The translations under genes and the position numbers were made by a program. From a virus (lineage: Duplodnaviria; Caudoviricetes): a DNA stretch of 30,776 nt. Of this stretch, positions 9,104-15,661 are shown one piece after another. How positions within the stretch are numbered: the stretch's first letter is position 1; every line of letters begins with the position of its first letter. The notes beneath the pieces are model-generated. The model saw only the letters and a program-made list of their open reading frames with translations, was not told where the DNA came from and ran no database searches. The stretch spans positions 1 through 30,776 of IMG/VR virus record IMGVR_UViG_3300025018_000410; one strand, given 5' to 3'.

Positions 9104-9648
9104 CAGTTCGGCCCTCCTTGGCGCTGGGTCATCACCACGTCGCGGCGCATCTCCGCCAGCCGGTTCAATGCCTCCGGCGGCACGATGATCGTGGGCGAGG
9201 TCGTGTGGTTCACGCTGCCCTCGATCGAATGCTTCAAGTCGCCCGTTACATGGACGCTCTGGATCTTTCCCAGCAGCGCGGCCAGTGTCGTGTCCTCGGC
9301 GCGGGCCTGCTTGCCCAGGCGCTCCAGCTCCTTCGTGTTGCGCAGCCCGGCGGGCTTGTCGTGCTCGGCCTGCCATAGTGCTTGGTAGGCGCGGCTCCGG
9401 TGCGCCACGCGCGCCACCAGTTGGTCGGCGTCCTTGGCCAGCGGGGCGACCACTTGCGCCAAAAATCGCGCCACCACTGCACTTTTCTGCACTTTGTAGC
9501 CGTCGCTGTCCGGGCTCGAGTAGCCCGCCAGCCGGGCGGCTTCCGTGGCGCTGCCGCAGCGCAGGAATTCCACGCACCACATCAGCTGCTTGTGCGTCAG
9601 CTGGCTCGCTCCGTTGGGCAATTCCTCCAGCCCGAGCGCGGCAAACAT
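9103..9648 (-). CDS. terS: Terminase small subunit, about 181 aa
   Basis: LTHKQLMWCVEFLRCGSATEAARLAGYS HTH motif; GGAGG before ATG 9648 (alternative GTG at 9726). Confidence 0.85.
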   Translation of the reverse strand: MFAALGLEELPNGASQLTHKQLMWCVEFLRCGSATEAARLAGYSSPDSDGYKVQKSAVVARFLAQVVAPLAKDADQLVARVAHRSRAYQALWQAEHDKPAGLRNTKELERLGKQARAEDTTLAALLGKIQSVHVTGDLKHSIEGSVNHTTSPTIIVPPEALNRLAEMRRDVVMTQRQGGPN

Positions 9649-9738
9649 GCCCTCCGTTCCATCATGGCGGCTTGGGCGGGCTCTGGTCTTCGTGTCGGTC
9701 GCTGGCACGCGGGCAGAATGCGCCACTTTGCCCCGCCC

Positions 9739-9782
9739 GCATAGTTGCGCACTTGTCGAGTTGCCAACTTCCCGGCAACTAT
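9739..9782. promoter_or_regulatory. Repeat-rich regulatory site upstream of terS
   Basis: GCATAGTTGCGCA (12/13 match to 20210-20222); AGTTGC twice direct and GCAACT inverted. Confidence 0.4.
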
Positions 9783-10105
9783 CCGCGCATTTTCATTTTC
9801 CGCACGCCCTCGGCGGTGCAGTTCAGGTTCCGCGCTATCCGACCGTTCGTCCAGCCCAGCTTGCTTGCCAGCTGCTGCGCCACCCATGTGCGGGCCTGCC
9901 GGATCTGCTGGCCTCCACCCTTGGTGGCGACGTGCTGCAGCGTGCTCCCGCCGAGGTCCGCGATAAAGCTCACCACCGCTTGGTCGCTGATCAAGTCCGC
10001 GTCTATTCCCTGCAGCCCGGCCAGCGGGCGCACCGAGGTCTCCATTTTCGCCACGCGCTGCCGCAGCGCGGCCAGTTCGATCTTCAGGCGCTCGATCTCG
10101 TTCAT
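9779..10105 (-). CDS. HTH DNA-binding protein (DnaA C-terminal-like), possible late regulator, 108 aa
   Basis: ARTWVAQQLASKLGWTNGRIARNLNCTAEGVRKM; last early gene before terS. Confidence 0.6.
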   Translation of the reverse strand: MNEIERLKIELAALRQRVAKMETSVRPLAGLQGIDADLISDQAVVSFIADLGGSTLQHVATKGGGQQIRQARTWVAQQLASKLGWTNGRIARNLNCTAEGVRKMKMRG

Positions 10106-10782
10106 GCGGCCTCCGCCTTTTGCAGTTGCTCGATGCGTTGCTCCAGCGTGGTCCGCCGGGCCAGCAGCGCGTTGTAGCGTTCCAGCTTCTCTCCGGTGGG
10201 GGTCACGTTGTAGGCGCAGCCTCCGGGCCGCAGGATCGCGCGCAGTTCCTCGCCGTTGCTCTCCAGCTCCGCGCGTGCCGCCTGCAGCTCCCGCCGGGGC
10301 GATACGGTTCTCCGGCTGGTCTGAGGAGAAAAAGTCGGCAAATCCGGCCCCCCGCTCGGCGGGGGGTTTGGGGGGATTTCTTTCTTTCTTTCTTTCAGGC
10401 GCGGCGCGCGCGGTGGCTCCGGCGTGCCTAGGTCCAGTTCCGGCTCATCGTCCGGGGCCGGGTAGAGGGGCTGCTTCTTTGCCATCTTCTGGTCGTATCG
10501 CATCACTTGGCCATATCCCTGACCTCCGATGGCGTAGAGCTTGACGAGGCCGAGGGCCTGGCAGCGTGCCAGCATCTCTTTCACGTCCCGCTCGCTCACC
10601 TTTTGGAGCATCGGTGCATATAGTCCCGCGCGCAGTATTGCCGGGGTGGCGTCAAATCGTCCGAGGTCGTCGGCGATCGTCAGCAGTCCATAGTAAAAAT
10701 CCCTTTCCCGCCAGCTCGCCCGCGCAAAGCGGGGGCTGTTGCGGATCGCGTGCCGGATCATTCTCGCCGAGCGCTGGCTCAT
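10102..10782 (-). CDS. Phage replication initiator / replisome-organiser-like protein, 226 aa
   Basis: RMIRHAIRNSPRF...FYYGLLTIADDLGRF...LGLVKLY winged-helix-type N-terminus, then a KERKKE/Pro-rich linker; ATGA overlaps at both ends. Confidence 0.7.
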   Translation of the reverse strand: MSQRSARMIRHAIRNSPRFARASWRERDFYYGLLTIADDLGRFDATPAILRAGLYAPMLQKVSERDVKEMLARCQALGLVKLYAIGGQGYGQVMRYDQKMAKKQPLYPAPDDEPELDLGTPEPPRAPRLKERKKEIPPNPPPSGGPDLPTFSPQTSRRTVSPRRELQAARAELESNGEELRAILRPGGCAYNVTPTGEKLERYNALLARRTTLEQRIEQLQKAEAA

Positions 10783-11117
10783 GCGGCGACCTTTCGTGGG
10801 TGGGGCCGGGTCAGCAGCGCGTCCAGCATGGGTCCGCTCGGCTTCAAGTGGTAGCAAATCGACGCGCGCTTGATGCCCAGCCGGTCGGCGATTGCCTGCT
10901 GCGTCCAGTGCAGGCCGTCCAGTCGCGCGATCTCGCGCAGTTCCTCCCGCGATATCTTGCAGCCTCGGGTGCGCCCGCAAAAAGCCGGGCCGTTCAAGCG
11001 CTGCAAAAAGTCCCGTCCTGCGGCCATCGCGTCTTCCCATTCCCTGCCAGTCTGCTCCTGATCGAGCACCTTGCGCAGGAGCCGGATGGCCTCGCATTCT
11101 CCGCGCGGGTGGCTCAT
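10779..11117 (-). CDS. HTH protein, 112 aa
   Basis: WTQQAIADRLGIKRASICYHL; ATGA-coupled on both sides. Confidence 0.7.
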   Translation of the reverse strand: MSHPRGECEAIRLLRKVLDQEQTGREWEDAMAAGRDFLQRLNGPAFCGRTRGCKISREELREIARLDGLHWTQQAIADRLGIKRASICYHLKPSGPMLDALLTRPHPRKVAA

Positions 11118-11449
11118 GCCTTTTCCTCCGCCTCCGTGTGCCGCTCCGTCTTGGCAAATTCGATTTCGCTCACCTTCAGGTAGCGCGTGTATCCGGCGTG
11201 GACGCCCTGCTTCAGCCATGGCCTGCCCGCCAGCTGCGCCCGCATGATGATCGCCCGCCCCGCGTGCAGCTTCGGCTCCGCCCGCGCCATCAGCTCCGGG
11301 TTCTCGACCTCGCAGTGCCATGGCGTCGGCTCGGGATCTCCCTCGGCCTGTAGCATCGCTTCAAAAATGAGCTTGCGCTGCCCGGTCCCCGGCACGGTCG
11401 CCAGCGCGGCCTCGCGGGTCAGGTAGCCAGTGGTAAGGGCGGTATTCAT
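11114..11449 (-). CDS. ssb: Divergent single-stranded DNA-binding protein (OB fold), 111 aa
   Basis: MNTALTTGYLTREA...WHCEV...LHAGRAIIMRAQL..RPW...KVSEIEF follows the SSB strand pattern; lacks the acidic PF tail. Confidence 0.65.
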   Translation of the reverse strand: MNTALTTGYLTREAALATVPGTGQRKLIFEAMLQAEGDPEPTPWHCEVENPELMARAEPKLHAGRAIIMRAQLAGRPWLKQGVHAGYTRYLKVSEIEFAKTERHTEAEEKA

Positions 11450-11461
11450 GGCTTTGTTTTC

Positions 11462-11881
11462 CTAGTTGGGCTTTTTCTGCATATTGTCAAGCGCGCTCAG
11501 GCTTTCCTCCGGGTGGCTCCGCATTTCCAGCAGGCCAGTGTCAATCCGTCCGGCTGGGCGATCCAGTCGTGCCTGCAGTCGCAGCTCGGTTTGACCGGCC
11601 TGTTGGCGCGCCTTGCGGCGCTGGTGGCGGGCCGTGGCGTCGTGCCCATTATGGCACTTTTGGCAGAGCGCCGCCAGATTGAGCAGGCTCGCGGCCTCCG
11701 GTCGATCGTCGTAGATGTGGGCGGCGGTGAGCACCACCTTGCTGCCGGTCTTCGGGTGGGGCTGGCTGTTCTCGGCTCCGCACCATTCGCAGTGGTCCCG
11801 CGCGCGGATCTTCCGCACGAAATAGCTCCGCAGCTTCCAGTCTTGCGGGTAGCGGGCTCGGTTCTCTGCTCGGATTGGCAT
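11462..11881 (-). CDS. HNH endonuclease-like protein, 139 aa
   Basis: CEWC...VVLTAAH...NLAALCQKCHNGHD. Confidence 0.85.
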   Translation of the reverse strand: MPIRAENRARYPQDWKLRSYFVRKIRARDHCEWCGAENSQPHPKTGSKVVLTAAHIYDDRPEAASLLNLAALCQKCHNGHDATARHQRRKARQQAGQTELRLQARLDRPAGRIDTGLLEMRSHPEESLSALDNMQKKPN

Positions 11882-11888
11882 CGGGTCG

Positions 11889-12293
11889 TCATTTCCAATA
11901 AATCACGATGCCCTTGAAGGGCTGGCTGTGGGTATTTTCAAACCACGCGGTCAGTTCCGCCCATGTGGCGAATCCGTCCGCGCGGGCAAAGTCATCGAGC
12001 GCGCTGGGGTGCGTGATTGTCGCTCCGGCAAAGTGCTCATTTCCCTCGATCCAGAAATGGCGCTTCCCGATCGTGATGCTCTTGACCGCTACGATCGTTG
12101 CCTCGCGCAGCCCGCGCTGCTTGCCGCGGTAGGGCGCTCCGGTCCAGCAGCGCAGACTGATCAGGTCGCCCGGTGCGGGCCTGCGCTTAGGCGTCGGGCG
12201 CACCGTCTGCAGCTTCCTGCCCTGCTCCACCAGCTCCGCAAATTGCGGCTTGAATAGGCGCACGAATCGTCGCGTTTTTTGGGTTGGCTTCAT
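11889..12293 (-). CDS. ASCH-domain protein, 134 aa
   Basis: FKPQF...GRKLQTVR...PGD...FARADGF signature. Confidence 0.8.
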   Translation of the reverse strand: MKPTQKTRRFVRLFKPQFAELVEQGRKLQTVRPTPKRRPAPGDLISLRCWTGAPYRGKQRGLREATIVAVKSITIGKRHFWIEGNEHFAGATITHPSALDDFARADGFATWAELTAWFENTHSQPFKGIVIYWK

Positions 12294-12297
12294 GGTG

Positions 12298-12516
12298 TCA
12301 TTTGCTGGTTCGGTCGGCATACCACTGGCCGACCCGGCGGCGGATGTTCAGGGCGTCGGGCTGCTCCTTGTCCATCAATATATCGGTCGCTTGTTCCAGT
12401 GCGGCCATCAATTGGATCTCGTTGCTGTAGGCGTCGCTCGGCACCTCGATTCTTATCCACATCGTGGACCTGCTTTCCTGCGCGGCTTCCGGCTTGGTTG
12501 GGTCGTTGGGTATCAT
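12298..12516 (-). CDS. Hypothetical protein, 72 aa (first cassette)
   Basis: Fills the gap between attC1 and the ASCH gene; its last codons cross the inferred cassette edge G|TTCGG at 12308. Confidence 0.6.
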   Translation of the reverse strand: MIPNDPTKPEAAQESRSTMWIRIEVPSDAYSNEIQLMAALEQATDILMDKEQPDALNIRRRVGQWYADRTSK

Positions 12517-12535
12517 GCTGGGTTAAAATTTAAGG

Positions 12536-12589
12536 GCCGAACTTCCGCTCGAGCCGACGCCTCCGGCGCGGCTCAGCTCGCTGTTCTAC
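12536..12589 (+). repeat. attC-like site 1 (54 bp)
   Basis: R'' GCCGAAC - TTCC - L'' GCT(C)GAGC - CG(A)CGCC TCC GGCGCG - L' GCTCAGC - TCGCT - R' GTTCTAC; two extrahelical bases; the first spacer is 4 nt rather than the usual 5. Confidence 0.8.
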
Positions 12590-12774
12590 TTGCTCCGGGC
12601 CTTCTTGGTTTTCGGGAGCGACAAAAGAGCAAGCCACGCCTCGCGCGTGATCGGCGCGTCGTCCGCCCCGCTCTCGCGCTTGGCCAGCGTTACGCGATGC
12701 ACGCCAAGCCGAGCGGCGACGCTCTCTTGCGTGCCGCGCTTGGCGCGCTCGGCTTTGTATTTCTCGGGCGTCAT
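12586..12774 (-). CDS. XRE-family HTH protein, 62 aa
   Basis: GTQESVAARLGVHRVTLAKRESG; ATGA overlap with the MTase gene; the TAG stop lies within R' of attC1. Confidence 0.8.
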   Translation of the reverse strand: MTPEKYKAERAKRGTQESVAARLGVHRVTLAKRESGADDAPITREAWLALLSLPKTKKARSK

Positions 12775-13325
12775 GCTGCCGCCCCCCATTGTTCCGCCAT
12801 CGCAGCGGCGATGCCCGCGAAAGTCCTCGAGCGTTCTTTCCAGCGGTCGGGGCCGGGCGGCATCCGATGCACGCGGGCCTCGCGGCCCGCGACGATGTTT
12901 GTCGGCGTGAGCGGCGGGAGATTCTTGAGCCAGAGGCAGGTCGCCTTGGTTTCGCCGTGGCCGAATTGCCACGGTTGAATGATTTGGTCCGGCTTGCGGA
13001 TTCGGCTCGATATGATGCTCACAGGATTTTCTAGCGCGATGCGCGGGATCGGCGCGGCCAGTAGCGCCCGCACGAAGTCGAGTGCCTCGCGTTGCTCGGT
13101 CTGTTTGAGCGCGAACCACCGCGCCCCACTGACTGCCAGGTGCGTGCATGGCGGGTGCGCGATCAGCATGTCCCAGCCCCAGTCCAGCACATCGCGAACG
13201 TCGCCCTGGTAGTGATGCCCTGGTATTTCCGTTTCGAGCAGGTCGCAGCTCATCGCTTGATGACCACGAGCAGAGAACGCTTCGCGCACCGCGCCGGAGT
13301 ATTCGCAGGCTACGAGGATTTTCAT
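12771..13325 (-). CDS. Short phage-type DNA (cytosine-5) methyltransferase-like protein, 184 aa
   Basis: MKILVACEYSG (motif I variant), SCD, GDV, DMLIAHPPC (motif IV), ALENP (motif VI), KATCLW, RSRTF.GIA.AMAEQW. Confidence 0.8.
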   Translation of the reverse strand: MKILVACEYSGAVREAFSARGHQAMSCDLLETEIPGHHYQGDVRDVLDWGWDMLIAHPPCTHLAVSGARWFALKQTEQREALDFVRALLAAPIPRIALENPVSIISSRIRKPDQIIQPWQFGHGETKATCLWLKNLPPLTPTNIVAGREARVHRMPPGPDRWKERSRTFAGIAAAMAEQWGAAA

Positions 13326-13645
13326 GCGCTCCATCCTTCGGCGTCGCGCTGGGCGCAGGTTTTCACGCCTTGCACGGGCACCTCGATGTCTCCCTCGATG
13401 TCGTGCAGCCACACGCGGCCGTTGTAGCTCACATATCCGATCTTCGCGCCGGTCTCATCGTGGAGGATTACGTCGCGCCGGATTTCGGACGAGCCGCGCC
13501 CGTTGTTGTAGATTTCGCGGACTACGCCGCATTGCTCAGGGGTGATGAGCTGGAGCATGCTGCCTTTCTTGAGGTAGAGGTCGGGCCACCACTTGGCGGA
13601 AGCGGCGGGCGATTGCGGAGCAGAGACTAGAGTTAGTGTTTTCAT
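13322..13645 (-). CDS. Hypothetical protein, 107 aa
   Basis: MKTLTLVSAP...IGYVSYNGRVW; ATG lies just after a candidate promoter; ATGA-coupled to the MTase gene. Confidence 0.7.
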   Translation of the reverse strand: MKTLTLVSAPQSPAASAKWWPDLYLKKGSMLQLITPEQCGVVREIYNNGRGSSEIRRDVILHDETGAKIGYVSYNGRVWLHDIEGDIEVPVQGVKTCAQRDAEGWSA

Positions 13646-13654
13646 TGCGTCATC

Positions 13655-13683
13655 ACGTTGTAGCGTTACACTACATGAGTCAA
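13655..13683 (-). promoter_or_regulatory. Cassette-internal sigma70-like promoter with palindromic operator
   Basis: -35 TTGACT (13683-13678); -10 candidates CAACGT (17-nt spacer) or TACAAC (15-nt); TGTAG-N7-CTACA inverted repeat (13659-13675) overlaps the spacer and -10. Confidence 0.55.
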
Positions 13684-13724
13684 GCGCGTTTCGGATAGAA
13701 TTTCGTGAGCGTTTTCCAAGCAAA

Positions 13725-13798
13725 GTAGAACCAGCGATTAGAGCCAACGTCCCTACGCGCTACGCGCTCCGGGCCGTGGCTCACTCGCGCTGTTGGGT
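13725..13798 (+). repeat. attC-like site 2 (74 bp)
   Basis: R'' GTAGAAC - CAGCG - L'' ATTAGAGC - CA(A)CG...CGTG - L' GCTCACT - CGCGCT - R' GTTGGGT. Confidence 0.85.
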
Positions 13799-14118
13799 GC
13801 CGGCTGGCGCACGGTCTCGGCTTCCATCTGCCGGCGAAGCTGTCGGGCACAGTGCCAGAGCGTATCGCACACAGCCTCGATTCGCTCGCGATGGCTCGGG
13901 TTTGCTGCGGCTGGCGCAGTCTTCATGTAGCCCGTGGCCTTGTCCTCCCATTCAGAGGCTAAAGCTTCGGCGCTCGACACCGGCACCCAACCAGTCGCCC
14001 CAGCATCAACGCGCCTCACTGGCAGTAATTCGGTGCCGCCTTCTACGCGCTGGACTTGCTGGAGTTGGTGCGTTTCTCCGCTTCTTGTGTCGGTTTGATA
14101 TATTGGATCAGAGTGCAT
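13753..14118 (-). CDS. Hypothetical protein, 121 aa, starting inside attC3 and ending inside attC2
   Basis: AAAGGA RBS-like motif upstream of ATG 14118; open through L''/R'' of attC3, the cassette body, and R'/L' of attC2. Confidence 0.6.
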   Translation of the reverse strand: MHSDPIYQTDTRSGETHQLQQVQRVEGGTELLPVRRVDAGATGWVPVSSAEALASEWEDKATGYMKTAPAAANPSHRERIEAVCDTLWHCARQLRRQMEAETVRQPAPNSASEPRPGARSA

Positions 14119-14171
14119 CGTTTGGTTTTCCTTTCTGCGCTCGTGGCGCGTTGCTGATCTTGTCGTTAGCC
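13985..14171 (+). repeat. attC-like site 3 (187 bp, very long terminal loop)
   Basis: R'' ACCCAAC - CAGTC - L'' GCCCCAGC - ATCAACGCGCC ... about 129 nt ... GGCGCGTT - L' GCTGATC - TTGTC - R' GTTAGCC. Confidence 0.75.
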
Positions 14172-14384
14172 AAGAACGGCCTTGACGTAGCCTTGCCGCG
14201 TGAGCGCGAAGGACACGAAGCCGGGGTTCGTCGTGATGACGGTCGCGCAGCCTTCGGAGTCGAACTCGACCTTGCCGTCTTCGCCGCGTTTCAGATGAGC
14301 GTTACCGCCCATCGGGAGCATTTTGAGAGTCGAGTCGGTCGCGTTTGCAGCGGACTCGGCGTTTGAGTGGAGGATTACTTTCAT
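14166..14384 (-). CDS. Hypothetical protein, 72 aa (cassette gene)
   Basis: MKVILHSN...GYVKAVLG; the TAA stop lies within R' of attC3. Confidence 0.7.
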   Translation of the reverse strand: MKVILHSNAESAANATDSTLKMLPMGGNAHLKRGEDGKVEFDSEGCATVITTNPGFVSFALTRQGYVKAVLG

Positions 14385-14449
14385 GGTTTTCGGAGGTTGA
14401 AATTTCGGAGTCCTAACCACGGGCCACAGAGAACGCCCGTTAGCGTCAT
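14381..14449 (-). CDS. 22-aa coupling mini-ORF reading out of attC4
   Basis: MTLTGVLCGPWLGLRNFNLRKP; ATGA overlaps at both ends. Confidence 0.5.
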   Translation of the reverse strand: MTLTGVLCGPWLGLRNFNLRKP

Positions 14450-14500
14450 AGGTTTGGTTTAGCGTCAGGGGTCGGGCGTCTCTGATTCCGACCGTTCGTC
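14411..14500 (+). repeat. attC-like site 4 (90 bp)
   Basis: R'' TCCTAAC - CACGG - L'' GCCACAGA - GA(A)CGCCCG ... CGGGCGTC - L' TCTGATT - CCGACC - R' GTTCGTC; the loop holds TTAGCGTCA twice. Confidence 0.8.
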
Positions 14501-14511
14501 TTGGTTTTCAT
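14446..14511 (-). CDS. 21-aa coupling mini-ORF reading into attC4
   Basis: MKTKTNGRNQRRPTPDAKPNL; ATGA overlaps at both ends. Confidence 0.5.
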   Translation of the reverse strand: MKTKTNGRNQRRPTPDAKPNL

Positions 14512-14741
14512 TTTCCTTGAAAGTCTTCCGGTCCCATCGGGGTGACCTCGGGTTGTGCCGCCAACTCGCGCGCGAGGTCGAGTCCCGTTGGGCAGTAAGC
14601 TGCCGTTTTTTCGTAAAACGCACGATAGCATTGCTTGCCTCCGTCGCGGTGGGCCGCGATTTCCCTGAGCAAGCGCATGCACGCGGGGGGCACGCGGTCC
14701 TCGCCGTCAATCTTGATGAGTCTGATTTTTATCCCGCTCAT
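14508..14741 (-). CDS. Hypothetical protein, 77 aa
   Basis: ATGA-coupled member of the early operon. Confidence 0.65.
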   Translation of the reverse strand: MSGIKIRLIKIDGEDRVPPACMRLLREIAAHRDGGKQCYRAFYEKTAAYCPTGLDLARELAAQPEVTPMGPEDFQGK

Positions 14742-14965
14742 GTCTTCACCTCCGTGGCTCCGGGGCTGAAAATCGCCGCCACGCTCGCCTCGGTAATCGG
14801 CTCCTGCCCGCCCCGCTTCAGGTATTCGGTGCGCAGGCGCAGGATGGTTTTCAGTTCCATGCCCAGCAGCCTGAAATCGTCCGCCACCAGCTGCGTGTAA
14901 AGCTCGGCGGTGTCGACCACGAAGGTCACGCCATTCACGTCCTTCAGGATGGTGGTGTATTTCAT
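14738..14965 (-). CDS. Hypothetical protein, 75 aa
   Basis: ATGA-coupled on both sides; high GC3. Confidence 0.7.
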   Translation of the reverse strand: MKYTTILKDVNGVTFVVDTAELYTQLVADDFRLLGMELKTILRLRTEYLKRGGQEPITEASVAAIFSPGATEVKT

Positions 14966-15129
14966 GCCTCGGCCTCCGGTAGTCCCAGCGCGCGGCGGAT
15001 CTCGCGGCGCTGGGCCTTCACGCGCTCGATCAAGCGGTCGTCCTTCCAGCCTGCGCGCAGCATCTGGTGGTAGGTCTCGGCCAGCAGCTGCTCCGTCGCT
15101 GCCAGCAGGGGTGTATGGTCCTCGTTCAT
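14962..15129 (-). CDS. Hypothetical protein, 55 aa
   Basis: Manual translation MNEDHTPLLAATEQLLAETYHQMLRAGWKDDRLIERVKAQRREIRRALGLPEAEA; fills the gap and has an ATGA overlap. Confidence 0.65.
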   Translation of the reverse strand: MNEDHTPLLAATEQLLAETYHQMLRAGWKDDRLIERVKAQRREIRRALGLPEAEA

Positions 15130-15147
15130 CGGCGGGGTTTGTGGGTT

Positions 15148-15615
15148 TTACCAGCCCATCTCTCGGATGGTGTTGACGAGGATGGTGGCCAGTTGTCGAT
15201 CGATCTTGAATCGCTCCGTGTTGATCTCCAGCGACCGACGGATGTCGCCTCCGTTTTTCATGCGCTCTGTGGCGGCTTTCCAGTCCATGAACATCTCCAT
15301 CACGTCAAACAGGCTCATGCCCTCGATGCCGTTCGGATAGTGCTCCGGGTGGTGCGAGTTGTTGGCGTAGTGATGGTCGAGCGCGGGTTTCAGTTCGTCC
15401 AGTGCCGCTTTGTATTCGGCACTGCCGTAGGCCATGCTCTTGAGCTTTAGCGTGCAGGTATCAAAGGTCGTCTTCTCCGGCTCCAGCAGCTTGCTGGCAT
15501 CGTGCACTAATCCGCGCATAGACAAATTTCCTATGCAATGGCCTAGTAATTCGTTCACGCGTATAGCGTGCGCCTCCGTGTCGGCGCGCGAGTCGTATTT
15601 GTCGTTTGTGCTCAT
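15148..15615 (-). CDS. HD-like metal-dependent phosphohydrolase (DUF5662-like), 155 aa
   Basis: H...HDASKL...HHY..NSHHPEHY...EM.MDW pattern. Confidence 0.75.
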   Translation of the reverse strand: MSTNDKYDSRADTEAHAIRVNELLGHCIGNLSMRGLVHDASKLLEPEKTTFDTCTLKLKSMAYGSAEYKAALDELKPALDHHYANNSHHPEHYPNGIEGMSLFDVMEMFMDWKAATERMKNGGDIRRSLEINTERFKIDRQLATILVNTIREMGW

Positions 15616-15661
15616 AAAATTTCCGTTCCGTTTGCTTCCAGCTTTCCACATTCAATCTGCC

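Larger units (their letters stand above)
12309..14494 (+). mobile_element. Integron-type gene cassette array without integrase (CALIN-like): cassettes 12309-12583 (left edge inferred), 12584-13792, 13793-14165, 14166-14494
   Basis: Four same-orientation attC-like sites. Each cassette's leading GTT core is the reverse complement of its own R'': GTTCTAC/GTAGAAC, GTTGGGTGCCGG/CCGGCACCCAAC, GTTAG/CTAAC, GTTCGG/CCGAAC. Confidence 0.8.

Noticed and set aside
9104-9580. N-terminal extension of TerL given in the ORF track (similarly 10783-11157 and 16292-16570)
   Set aside because: They overlap real upstream genes in another frame; better starts with an RBS or ATGA coupling exist.
11465-11471. GTTGGGC at the HNH gene end as the left edge of the array
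   Set aside because: No attC or attI structure upstream and a mismatch next to GTT; 12308 fits the attC1 R'' better. Not fully excluded.
12536-14500. CRISPR array or simple terminators as the explanation of the hairpins
   Set aside because: The repeats are not identical, spacing is gene-sized, there are no U-tracts, and the cores show cassette-offset complementarity.
14549-14593. GCCAAC...GTTGGGC with a CTCGCGCGCGAG palindrome as a fifth attC
   Set aside because: Too short, lacks L boxes and extrahelical bases, and its R'' does not match GTTCGTC.
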